This document shows, one piece after another, positions 9,373 through 18,554 of a stretch of DNA of 64,000 bases. This DNA is from Terriglobia bacterium (GTDB lineage Bacteria > Acidobacteriota > Terriglobia > Terriglobales > Acidobacteriaceae). Both the position numbers and the translations under genes were made by a program. The DNA lies in the NCBI GenBank assembly GCA_963755365.1, contig CAVWJV010000012.1, forward strand, positions 250,356 to 314,355, given 5' to 3'. Each line of letters starts with the position of its first letter. Positions within the stretch are counted from its first letter, which is position 1. The notes beneath the pieces are model-generated. The model was given only the letters and a program-made list of their open reading frames with translations, did no database searches and was not told the DNA's origin.

Positions 9373-10323
9373 TCAAACTTTTTCCGCGGCCCGCAGTTTC
9401 GCGCTGCGTGACCTTGGATTGCGATCTATCTCTTCTTCTGCGGCTGTTACCGGCTTCTTAGTCAGCACGGTGTAAATGCCGGCATCTCTTCCTGCTCTTA
9501 CAGCGTCTTTGACGATCCGGTCTTCCAGCGAGTGAAAGCTGATGATCACCAGCCTTCCACCCGGCTTTAGAATTTTTGGCGCCGCTTCCAGCAGCGCCTT
9601 CAGATCGTCCAGTTCACGGTTTACGAATATTCGGATTGCCTGGAAAGTACGCGTCGCAGGATGAATCTTTTCCCGAGCTCCATGGTCTTTTTTCATTGAC
9701 CGGAGCGCAGCCGATATGACTTGTGCCAGATGAGCGGTACTTCTTATCGGCCGCGCCCGGACAATGGCTCTGGCGATTCTCCGCGACCTCCTTTCCTCAC
9801 CGAATTCGTAAATCACATTGGCGAGTTCTTCTTCGCCCATGCGGTTTACCACCTGATCGGCGGTGCGCTCTCCCTGCGGGTCCATCCGCATATCGAGAGG
9901 CCCATCCGCCTGAAAACTGAATCCGCGCGCCGGATCGCCGAACTGGAGTGAACTTACGCCCAGATCGGCGAGAAGCCCGTCCACACTTGCAGGCGGAACG
10001 TGCTCGGCGATATCGGCGTAACTGGCGTGATGCAAAGTGATTTTCGGATGGTTATCACCTCCGACCCGAGAAAGCCTCTGCTTTGCCAGTTCCAGCGCGT
10101 TGGTGTCCTTATCGAAGCCAATCAAATGACCCTGTGGGCTGAGGCGACTTACGATTTCTGAACTGTGGCCGCCCAATCCCAGGGTCGCGTCGATATAGGT
10201 CCCGTCGCGACGGATTGCTAAAAAGTCGATCGCTTCTTTTAAAAGAACTGATACATGGCCAACTTCCCCACTGCCATGCGCTCCCTCGGGAGCTTTTTCC
10301 CAACCAGAATTCTCGTCCGCCAC
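9373..10323 (-). CDS. rsmH: 16S rRNA (cytosine1402-N4)-methyltransferase RsmH
   Basis: The 316-aa ORF carries HVSVLLKEAIDFL...GTYIDATLGLGGHS and ISFHSLEDRIVK motifs. It lies immediately after mraZ. Confidence 0.95.
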   Translation of the reverse strand: MADENSGWEKAPEGAHGSGEVGHVSVLLKEAIDFLAIRRDGTYIDATLGLGGHSSEIVSRLSPQGHLIGFDKDTNALELAKQRLSRVGGDNHPKITLHHASYADIAEHVPPASVDGLLADLGVSSLQFGDPARGFSFQADGPLDMRMDPQGERTADQVVNRMGEEELANVIYEFGEERRSRRIARAIVRARPIRSTAHLAQVISAALRSMKKDHGAREKIHPATRTFQAIRIFVNRELDDLKALLEAAPKILKPGGRLVIISFHSLEDRIVKDAVRAGRDAGIYTVLTKKPVTAAEEEIDRNPRSRSAKLRAAEKV

Positions 10324-10763
10324 TAGATGCCCAGTTCGTCGAGTGTCTTCTCATCGTCAGACGTAAACGGGTTCTCTTGAATGTCCTTCTTGTACGCCTC
10401 GATACTTTGCACTTCGAGGTACGTCAGGTTTCCAACCACGGCCACTTCGCCCTTGATCTCCGCCGACTCCCGCAAAATTGCCGGAATCAAAACCCTTCCC
10501 TGTGCGTCGATCTCCACCAATTGGCCGTAATAATTGGTGCGGTTCAAAAATTTCTTCTTCGTGGGGTTGAAGTTCGAGAGCCTGGTAAGCTTTTCCTCGA
10601 TCCTCTGCCACTCTTCGAAGGGATACACTTGAGCAACCTTCCCATCCAGGGAGGTGATGTAAAATTGTTGACCGTACTTCTCGTCGATCAGACGCTTGAA
10701 TTCCGCAGGGACTTTGAGTCGCCCCTTCTCGTCGACCCGAGTTGGGTGATTTCCGCGGAACAT
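10323..10763 (-). CDS. mraZ: transcriptional regulator MraZ
   Basis: The 146-aa ORF, MFRGNHPTRVDEKGRLKVPAEF..., has two SpoVT/AbrB-like halves (DAQGRVLIP). Confidence 0.95.
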   Translation of the reverse strand: MFRGNHPTRVDEKGRLKVPAEFKRLIDEKYGQQFYITSLDGKVAQVYPFEEWQRIEEKLTRLSNFNPTKKKFLNRTNYYGQLVEIDAQGRVLIPAILRESAEIKGEVAVVGNLTYLEVQSIEAYKKDIQENPFTSDDEKTLDELGI

Positions 10764-10894
10764 CTTGTTTCTGGTCTGTTTCTCCGGCCTTTGCCGGTTT
10801 TAAAGAGGTAAAAAGGGTAAAACTATGAATCTTTTCGGGTTCGAAGACAGCGTTTTCGAGGTATTTACGGTTCATTCGATCCTTTGCTCTACTT

Positions 10895-10955
10895 TGGACC
10901 ACTGATCCCTCGTTCGAACCTCTTGCCACCACTTTCTACCACTTTTGACCACATC
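10895..10955 (-). promoter_or_regulatory. candidate MraZ operator: GTGGT direct repeats at 10-bp spacing
   Basis: The minus strand reads GTGGTcaaaaGTGGTagaaaGTGGTggcaag...caGTGGTccaaag. Three boxes have exact 10-nt periodicity and a fourth lies ~30 nt downstream, ~135-190 nt upstream of the mraZ start. Confidence 0.5.
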
Positions 10956-11210
10956 TTACGCCTAAGAGGTTGTGTGTCAATAGTTATTTTCAAGGTACTC
11001 AGGAAAAATAATTTTCCCACAGCCGGCCAATTCTGCAAATTGTGGACTCTTAGTTCAAAGGTGCAAGATGTAGTGTTTACCTGAAGGGTTCCCGCTTGTT
11101 CACTGACGCTTGACCCATGATTTTTTAGGACATTCATCGTTGCTTTCCTCTGATAGACTTCCGCGCAACTCCCTACTTTCAATTCAACAAAACTTTGCGG
11201 AAGGATTTTT

Positions 11211-11396
11211 ATGCGAAACCTGCGACGCCACGCTGTCATCATCATCCTGCTTGGCCTGATCGGATTTAGTGCACTGGCGAGGAGGCCGCGATTTCAGGAA
11301 ATTCACAATGTGGACATCCTGCAACTGCTCGCCTCAGGAGCTTGCTTCGGCATTGGCTTAACGCTCCTTCTGACTCATAACCGGCCAAAAGAATAA
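11211..11396 (+). CDS. small two-TM hypothetical protein
   Basis: The 61-aa ORF has two hydrophobic helices. There is no family evidence. Confidence 0.35.
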   Translation: MRNLRRHAVIIILLGLIGFSALARRPRFQEIHNVDILQLLASGACFGIGLTLLLTHNRPKE

Positions 11397-11681
11397 AATC
11401 AGCAGAAAATGTCCATTGACCATCCTTCGCAACTTGAAGCCTTGAAAAACGGCGGGATGAGTCGTTCTCATGATGCTGGAGCAAATGAAGGCGGGCCAAC
11501 CGATTTTGCTAAGCGCGTAGTCGTCCACTGCGCCGTTGGTTGCCTGGCTACACGCGAACAAAAGTCTTAAAGTCTGCCACGATATCCATCCCTCCACTGG
11601 ATACCGGACTCTATGTGTGCTGGCCGGAAATCTTTCGCCCCCGGCAAAAGGAGTTCAATCCAATTCCCCTGGAGTCGTTTC

Positions 11682-12572
11682 GTGAAACACCTCGGATTCA
11701 CAGCTTTGCTTTTGGTCCTCTCGATCTCCTCATTCACGTCGGCACAAGTACCGCATTCCAACCACGTGGTAGTCGTAGTGGAAGAGAACCACAGCTTCTC
11801 GCAAGTCATCGGCAATCCGGCGATGCCGTATTTCAATTCCCTTGCCAGGACATACGCACTGGCCACACAGTTTTATGCCAACACGCATCCATCGATCGGC
11901 AACTACTTCGAGCTGACGACGGGCCAGATCATCACCAACAATGACGCCAGCAATGCCACAGTTTCGGCGGACAACATTGTTCGCCACCTGCTGACTGCGG
12001 GAAAAACATGGAAAGGATATGCGGAGAGCCTGCCGGCTGTTGGGTATGTTGGTGGCGATAGATTTCCGTACGCCCGCCATCACTTTCCTGTTTCCTATTT
12101 TTCTGACGTGGTGAACAGCAGCGTGCAGAGGTTGAACCTGGTTCCCTTCACGCATTTCTCGTCAGATCTTGCAGCCGGCCATCTACCGGATTTTTCACTG
12201 GTGATTCCCAACATCCAGAATGACGCGCACGATTGCCCGGCCGGACATGTCACATGCACTGACGCGCAGAAATTAAGCGCGGCGGACAACTGGTTGAAAG
12301 CCCACATCGCTCCGCTGATTGCCAACGCAGCCTTCAAGGCCGATGGCATTCTGATCATTTTGTTCGATGAAGGCGTAGCTTCCGATACAGCGCACACAGG
12401 CGGGCACATAGCAGCTGTGGTTGTTGGGCCGAAGGTGCGACGCGGATTTAAGTCAAACGTCTTTTATCAGCACCAGAATGCGTTGCGGACGGTATTGGCG
12501 GCGCTGGGCGCAAAGACATCTCTCGGAGCCGCAGCCGGCGCCAGGCCAATGGCGGATATGTTTCATCCCTAA
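11682..12572 (+). CDS. phosphoesterase family protein (PLC/acid phosphatase AcpA-like), secreted
   Basis: From ORF 11613-12572. The likely GTG start at 11682 follows GGAG and gives the signal peptide VKHLGFTALLLVLSISSFTSAQ. HVVVVVEENHSF...YFNSLA...HPS.GNY is typical of the phosphoesterase family. Confidence 0.8.
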   Translation: MKHLGFTALLLVLSISSFTSAQVPHSNHVVVVVEENHSFSQVIGNPAMPYFNSLARTYALATQFYANTHPSIGNYFELTTGQIITNNDASNATVSADNIVRHLLTAGKTWKGYAESLPAVGYVGGDRFPYARHHFPVSYFSDVVNSSVQRLNLVPFTHFSSDLAAGHLPDFSLVIPNIQNDAHDCPAGHVTCTDAQKLSAADNWLKAHIAPLIANAAFKADGILIILFDEGVASDTAHTGGHIAAVVVGPKVRRGFKSNVFYQHQNALRTVLAALGAKTSLGAAAGARPMADMFHP

Positions 12573-12713
12573 GGCAAGCGCCATGAATTCCGCCCGGCGG
12601 AGTTTCTCAATTTCGGTGAATACGCTGTACGTAGACGACTGAGGATGAACGCTGTTTGTAAGAGCCGGCATTTACTGAGAACGAAAATGTTGTTAAGCCG
12701 AATGACAAGCCAG

Positions 12714-13505
12714 TTATTTGTTAAGAGCCGCCAATGGCATTGATCCAGGATTTGCGCGGATCGCGGCAGCGATTCGCTCCAGCTTCAAAGAGGCGGCCAT
12801 AATATTAGCCAGCTGTGGGTCAAATTTGTCTTTGTTCGAGGCCCTTTGCAGAGCACCGATGGTGACCGATATTTTGTTGTCCTCTAAAAGATATTGATCC
12901 ATGGTCTTTTTCAACTTGGTGGCCAATTCGGACGATGCGGCCACTCGCTCGAGCAGCAGGCTGCGCTCGGTCAATAGAGGGTTTTGGCGGAAGATGACCA
13001 CGTCCGCTCCCTTGATTGCCTTGACCTTTGGGATACGTTTGCCAACGATAGTGCCACGCAACTCGTGCGCCAGCTTCTGTACTTTTCCGACGGACTTTAG
13101 CATGTCCCCCGCCAAGATCGGAGTGCCGGTTCCATCTAGTGAGCCCTGCAATTCCGCGGTCAATCGCACCAGCATCTCGGCGTCATCGCTGAGCATTTCA
13201 TAATGGCGGCGAAAGTTCTCACGAGCCATTTGCCGAAGTTTGGCGCGTTCCGACTCTTCCTGATTTATGCGCCATTCCAAATTGGCGATGTCTTTCCCCG
13301 CATTGCGCATTGCGTCCATTTGCTGCTGCTGTTGTTGCTGCTGCTGCATCTGGTCCATCTGTGCGGCACGCTGCGCATCGGATTGGGGGGGCTGCCCTCT
13401 TTGCCCTGATAAAGGAACGGCCGATGCCAGCAACAATCCCAAAATAGAGAAGGTGAGGATTTCCAAAAGCGATTTATGCCGATTGACATTCATTGTGACC
13501 TCCAA
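12714..13505 (-). CDS. secreted hypothetical protein with poly-Gln tract
   Basis: The 263-aa ORF has a signal/TM helix (LLEILTFSILGLLLASAVPLSGQ) and a QMDQMQQQQQQQQQMD tract, followed by a helical region. Confidence 0.65.
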   Translation of the reverse strand: MEVTMNVNRHKSLLEILTFSILGLLLASAVPLSGQRGQPPQSDAQRAAQMDQMQQQQQQQQQMDAMRNAGKDIANLEWRINQEESERAKLRQMARENFRRHYEMLSDDAEMLVRLTAELQGSLDGTGTPILAGDMLKSVGKVQKLAHELRGTIVGKRIPKVKAIKGADVVIFRQNPLLTERSLLLERVAASSELATKLKKTMDQYLLEDNKISVTIGALQRASNKDKFDPQLANIMAASLKLERIAAAIRANPGSMPLAALNK

Positions 13506-13685
13506 TCAGACCGCCCGCTCTAGATCCCAGGTTCGCGAAAAACTCTCGTTTGCTCTCGCCTTTTTTCAGGCTACGCATTCCAGATTAGCACTGGTCAGGT
13601 TCAGAGTAACTGTAAAGATTTATGGCAAAACCTGACGTTTTGTAAGGGATACCCCCAGCGGCATTCTAACGATTTTCTGATCTTT

Positions 13686-13784
13686 TCAGGGAGCCTTGCC
13701 CCCTGATTCGCCCAGAGCATGATCGAGCAAAGTACGCAGATTTTCGACGGTCAACATGCCTTCCACTTCCTGGCCATTGACGAA
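13686..13784 (-). pseudogene. 3'-terminal relic (32 codons + stop) of a DsbA-like gene
   Basis: It reads FVNGQEVEGMLTVENLRTLLDHALGESGGKAP* and is preceded by two in-frame stops. Nt 13716-13784 match 15541-15609 (the 3' end of the intact DsbA-like gene) at 68 of 69 positions. Confidence 0.65.
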
Positions 13785-14033
13785 TCATCATGGAACTCGC
13801 TTCGCGCCAGCAACGCTCCTGGCCCTTGTCAATCAGAGCGAGGATACTGCTTTTGCCTCCCACGTCATCAAGCCACTACAAGCCGAGGTAGTAAACCGCG
13901 CAACTTCGTGGTATATCAGAGGCCCCTTACCGAATGATCCGAGCAGTCCCCATCCTGGGAATGTGTGCGGTCAAACGGACACTGTCAAATGAACGTCTAT
14001 CCAGGGAAATAGGCCTTCAACGGAGAGAACTAG

Positions 14034-15396
14034 ATGAGAAAGATCGCCGTTGTATTGTCCACGTTTTTGCTACTGATTCTACTTGGCGCATGGGTTTCGA
14101 TATCGAGATCAACATCAGCAATATCCATCAAGCCGACTACCCCAACCAGCAGTCCGCTGCGCTGCAACGTCGAATGATGCCGAGATTGCCTCCAGCATGC
14201 AAGCGATGTTTGCGAAAGGAAGAGATGTCTTCCGCTACGATACGTTCGGTGACGAAGCGTTCTGGGGTGGAGCCCTCCATCTTCATCAGGCAATCGCCGG
14301 TGAACATCTTGGCGGCGTGGGCCCGGGCGTGAGTCCTAAAACTGCTCTCAGCGTCGGTCTGAAAGTTGACGCTGACGCGCTTCCCGCCGAGCTGGTTGAA
14401 CAAATCAAAGCAGGAAAAGTTAATCTTGACGATCCCGCCACCACGCTGGCGTTGCTCAAGCTAAAAGCAGTTGTTGGCGTTACGGGAATCTTTGATCAGC
14501 AGGGCACGCTTACGGGCATGGGAATCCAGTGCGCTCTCTGCCACTCCACGGTCAATGATTCCTTTGCTCCCGGGATCGGCAGCCGGTTGGATGGTTGGCC
14601 CAACCGTGACTTGAACGTGGGAGCCATCGTTTCTCTGGCGCCAAATCTTCAACCTGTCGCCGACCTGCTCGGAGTTGACGTACCAACGGTCAAGAAAGTT
14701 CTCGGCAGTTGGGGACCCGGCAGGTATGACGCGATACTCGATCAAGATGGGAAGGCCTTTCGTCCGGATGGTAAATCAGGTTCCGTCTTGTTGCCTGCAG
14801 CTTACGGACTTGCCGGAGTCAACGACGCGACCTATACCGGTTGGGGATCCGTTACCTATTGGAATGCCTACGTTGCCAACACGCAGATGCACGGCATTGG
14901 TTCTTTCTCTGAGCCACGCCTCAATTCAAAACAATTTCCCATTGTTGCCCGCTCGCATTACAACCAAATTCGGGCCGGCAACGATGAAATAACCGCAAAA
15001 CTCGGTGCATTGCAGTTCTATCAATTGGCGATTCCAGCTCCGAAACCTCCGGCGGGAAGTTATGATCAGACCCAGGCGGAACGCGGCAAAGCGCTCTTTT
15101 CAGGTAAAGCTCGGTGCGCCAGTTGTCACGTGCCTGATCTCTACTCTGAACCGGGATCTAGCTTGCATACGCCCGCGGAAATCGGGATTGATGATTTTGC
15201 ATCGTCTCGCTCACCTACCGGGAAGTACCGCACTACACCCTTGCGCGGACTATGGAGCCACCAGAAAGGCGGCTTCTACCATGACGGTCGGTTCCAAACC
15301 CTGGATGACGTCGTGGTCCATTACGACCAGCATTTCAAACTGAATTTGACGAGTCAGGAAAAGAAAGATCTGGTCGAATTCCTGAAATCACTCTGA
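14034..15396 (+). CDS. di-haem cytochrome c (cytochrome c peroxidase/MauG-like), frame break near the 5' end as assembled
   Basis: The 14083-15396 ORF has two CxxCH motifs (CALCH, CASCH). GGAGAG plus the ATG at 14034 encodes the signal peptide MRKIAVVLSTFLLLILLGAW in another frame, stopping at 14175-14177. Confidence 0.8.
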
Positions 15397-15405
15397 GATC
15401 CATTC

Positions 15406-15439
15406 ATCATGCGCGGGGCCTTCGGGGCCCGCGCATGAT
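15406..15439. terminator. GC-rich hairpin between convergent genes
   Basis: atcatgcgcggggcc-ttcg-gggcccgcgcatgat has 10 perfect outer bp plus an inner GC stem. It lies between the cytochrome c stop (15396) and the DsbA-like stop (15496). Confidence 0.6.
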
Positions 15440-15495
15440 TCACGAGTTGCCGAGTTGCGTGTGGCCACACGCGCGAATTCATTGTCGAGGCGATT

Positions 15496-16437
15496 TTAGT
15501 TTTCTCTCGCCGGCGCCTTGCTCTCCTGGGCTTCGCTCAAAGCATGATCGAGCAAAGTACGCAGATTTTCGACGGTCAACATGCCTTCCACTTCCTGTCC
15601 ATTGACGAACATGGTAGGCGTGGCGCTCACGCCCAGAGATTTGCCTTCCGCGATCGACGTATTCACCCTGCTTTGGTCCTGGGCGGCGATGCATGCCTGA
15701 AGAGCATCCGGCTTTACCTGATGTTTGCCGCCTGAATCTTTGGCGATTGCGTCCATTGCGGCCGCGTCAATCTGGCCCGGCGCCTTGACCACTTTGGCGC
15801 TAACTTCCTGCTGGTGGGTGTGGACATAGTCAGAAAACTCCCAGTAGGCAGCAAGGTTCTGGTCGGCGAGGCAGTGCGCATCAACAGCCGCGCGCATCGC
15901 CCAGGGATGAGCATCGAGTATGGGAAAGTCCTTCATCACGATCTTCACACGGTCACGATATTTGCTCATGACCTCATTCATCAGCGTGACATACATGCGA
16001 GAACAGAATGGACATTCGAAATCGTCATACATAACCAGCGTCACTGGCCCGTTTTCCGCTCCGCGAAATGGGCGTCCACGCGTGTCAATCTTGCGCATGT
16101 TCGCCTCATAGGGATCCTCCCGGAGATCGATTTCCGTAAGGTAAAGCAGCTTGCTGCCGTCTTTCGCAATCAGGAAGTTCACCGGTTTCCTGATCCCATT
16201 GGCTTCAATGGTTACCGGAAGATTGTCATAACCCGCGAAGTCGCTTGGAGTGCGGGCGCCAATTGTGACTTGCGCATTGGGCGGAGCTTCAGTATAAGCA
16301 CGCACCTGGCGCTCTATGCGCTGGTTAAGGTCCGCTGTTGCAGGCTTTTGCGCCCGTGCAATAGCAGGGATTAAGAGAAGGACAAAGAAAAGTTCAAAGA
16401 TTTTCATTCTCATTCCTTGAGGAAAGGCCCTTTTCAT
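15496..16437 (-). CDS. DsbA-family thiol:disulfide oxidoreductase, secreted
   Basis: The 313-aa ORF has a signal peptide (MKIFELFFVLLLIPAIARAQ) and a CPFC active site. The start may be at 16413 or 16407 instead. Confidence 0.85.
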   Translation of the reverse strand: MKRAFPQGMRMKIFELFFVLLLIPAIARAQKPATADLNQRIERQVRAYTEAPPNAQVTIGARTPSDFAGYDNLPVTIEANGIRKPVNFLIAKDGSKLLYLTEIDLREDPYEANMRKIDTRGRPFRGAENGPVTLVMYDDFECPFCSRMYVTLMNEVMSKYRDRVKIVMKDFPILDAHPWAMRAAVDAHCLADQNLAAYWEFSDYVHTHQQEVSAKVVKAPGQIDAAAMDAIAKDSGGKHQVKPDALQACIAAQDQSRVNTSIAEGKSLGVSATPTMFVNGQEVEGMLTVENLRTLLDHALSEAQESKAPAREN

Positions 16438-16540
16438 TCTAACTTTTCCATTTACTGATCTGGCAGGCGCGGCGTAATGACAACGTAATCAGACATATCA
16501 AACAAAAAGACTTTTATTGCAGGAGATAAGTGAATTCCCA

Positions 16541-16568
16541 AACGAAAAGCCCCGGAGTATCCGGGGCT
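16541..16568 (-). terminator. rho-independent terminator of the 16603-17094 gene
   Basis: The minus strand reads agccccgg-atact-ccggggct followed by TTTTCGTTT. Confidence 0.65.
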
Positions 16569-16602
16569 TCTCTCTTAAGCGGTCTATTGAACGTAGTGGT
16601 CG

Positions 16603-17094
16603 CTACTTGCCTTTCTTGTCGCGCCGAATGTCTTTCTTGTCTTTCCGAATATCTTTGCGGTCCTGGTTCCGGTCCTTGCGGTCCTTTCCCAGATCCTTCT
16701 GGTCATGACGAATGTCACGATTGTCGGCGTGTAAATCGCGTTTGTCTTTGTTTATGTCGCGTTTATCACGGTTGATGTCCCGTTGTTCTTTTTTGGCATC
16801 GGCAGTATCGCCCTTGCGCAAGTCGGCATCGCGTTTCTGGCGATCGCGGGCGATATCACGCTGGTCCTTGTTGATGTCGCGGCGATCCTTGCGCGCGTCG
16901 GCGCGATCCTTGTTGATGTCGGTCTTGTCGGCGTTGATATCGCGCTGGTCCTTACGGACATCGCGCCGGTCCTGGCGAAGGTCTTTGCGGTCTTTATTAA
17001 CATCGGAAGAATTGTCGCCCGTGCCTTGAGCGTACATTGAGCTCCCCAGGCTGAGCACAGTGAATGTGAGCAGAAACACTAACTTTCGTCGCAT
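16603..17094 (-). CDS. secreted highly charged heptad-repeat protein (D-[RKQ]-x-D-[ILV]-x-x, about 16 repeats)
   Basis: The 163-aa ORF has the signal peptide MRRKLVFLLTFTVLSLGSSMYAQG. The rest is DRKDLRQ DRRDVRK DQRDINA DKTDINK DRADARK DRRDINK ... DRKDIRK DKKDIRR. Confidence 0.65.
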   Translation of the reverse strand: MRRKLVFLLTFTVLSLGSSMYAQGTGDNSSDVNKDRKDLRQDRRDVRKDQRDINADKTDINKDRADARKDRRDINKDQRDIARDRQKRDADLRKGDTADAKKEQRDINRDKRDINKDKRDLHADNRDIRHDQKDLGKDRKDRNQDRKDIRKDKKDIRRDKKGK

Positions 17095-17910
17095 AGAAAA
17101 GTCGAACTCCTTTCATTCCCTCCAGGCTGAAAGTTGAACGCTGAAAGCGTTCTGCGGATACTAACCCGAGTAGCTGGATTAGTTGCATTCAGTTTTTACC
17201 GGAGTGAAAGTTACGTTCGATATCGGCGACGCTCTTTATCCAGGCGCCAGAACTGCTTCTGATTGGGCTTCAGGTCTTTTGCGGTAGCTATGTACTGCAA
17301 CAGCTTTCATCCGCCAGATCCGTTAAAACATCACGAGCAGTGAAAGGATCGAGGATGGCAATTTCTCCATTACGTGAACCAAGAATCGAAACCAAGCGAT
17401 TGGCCTTCGACTGCCGCAATTTCATTCTCCACCATGGGAGCGTTCGCCCGATATGAATATCGCCGGTTAGCAGCCGGGATATCTCTTACATGGCCAAAAA
17501 CGGAGCAGCCGAAGACGCGAAGGTAACGGTAGGGGGACAGAGTTTTTCCGAAAAACGCTTTAATGTTGCGTAGCGCGAATATTAGGACAATGGCTAAAGG
17601 TACATGTCCTTAAGACCACAGCACCAACTTGGCCTTTAGGGTGTGGCATTTTTGATTTTTAGGCCCAGTTTGGCAATCGATGTAAATAAAAATAATCGCC
17701 TTAAATTCAGGTACTTACGGTCAATGTGATCTAAGGTCTATTGCGCCTGAGGTACTATGTGTGGGTACTAAAGTAATCGCAAAAAATTCAGGAGTGTTAA
17801 GCGAAACCGCAGCGAATGGAGTAACCCCCTGCTCCCTCGATTTCTGCGTGCTGACCTCTTGAAACCGGGTTCTCCTTTAATCTTTTTTGGCTCAATGAAA
17901 GGTAAAGACC

Positions 17911-18537
17911 TTGAAGTCCAGAGCGGGTTTCAGTCTGACCGAATTGACGGTAGTTGCGGCGATCATTCTGATTGTCAGCGGCTTGTCGCTTCCCAGTCTA
18001 ACCCGGGTCATTGACAGCGTTCGCGTGAAGACCGCGGCGCAACAAGCGGCTTTCCTTTATCAGCAGGCGCGTATCCGTGCTACCCAGGACGACACTTACT
18101 ACAACGTGGTCGGCAATGGCCCCAGCAGCTTATGTCTCGACCTGGATGGGAATGGCGTTTGCGATCCAAACGATCCCACGACAGCGCTGGGTGGCGGCGC
18201 CGTATTGAGCAACGCCGGCATTCCAGTCCAGTTGGACCAGACGCTTCTTGGTTTTGTGCCGTTGGATACGGAAAGTTCGGCTACCCTCACCCCCCAGGGA
18301 AACGTTGTTTCCAGCCTGGCGTGGAACTCACGGGGATTGCCATGCCAGAAGATTTCCTCGACTTCGCCGTGTTCAAACTGGCTGCCTTCCGGCGGTGGCG
18401 CACCCGTCGGGTGGATTCAGTACGTGCAATTGCAGCGTCCTTCGGGAAATCTGTACGCCGCCGTGGTCGTAAGTCCGGCTGGCAAAATCAAGATCTGGAA
18501 TTACGCGCCTGATGGGAGCGGCGTGAGCTGGCGCTAA
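17911..18537 (+). CDS. prepilin-type minor pilin, GspH/FimT-like
   Basis: It carries the N-terminal methylation motif GFSLTELTVVAAIILIV. The start is TTG. An out-of-frame ATG (MKGKD..) at 17895 could be the real start if an indel is present. Confidence 0.8.
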   Translation: MKSRAGFSLTELTVVAAIILIVSGLSLPSLTRVIDSVRVKTAAQQAAFLYQQARIRATQDDTYYNVVGNGPSSLCLDLDGNGVCDPNDPTTALGGGAVLSNAGIPVQLDQTLLGFVPLDTESSATLTPQGNVVSSLAWNSRGLPCQKISSTSPCSNWLPSGGGAPVGWIQYVQLQRPSGNLYAAVVVSPAGKIKIWNYAPDGSGVSWR

Positions 18538-18554
18538 AAGCTGATAGAAAATTC

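Noticed and set aside
10215-10932. 198-aa plus-strand and 191-aa minus-strand ORFs overlapping mraZ
   Set aside because: mraZ occupies the locus with a full-length match to the family. The alternatives have no motif support.
16712-17040. Plus-strand ORFs with SRLS/VLVD repeats
   Set aside because: They are antisense shadows of the 21-nt-periodic heptad-repeat gene. The minus-strand ORF has the signal peptide and the terminator.
17600-17910. Sigma-54 promoter upstream of the pilin genes
   Set aside because: TGGCAT at ~17644 lacks a correctly spaced GC(-12) element, so I could not identify a convincing -24/-12 pair.
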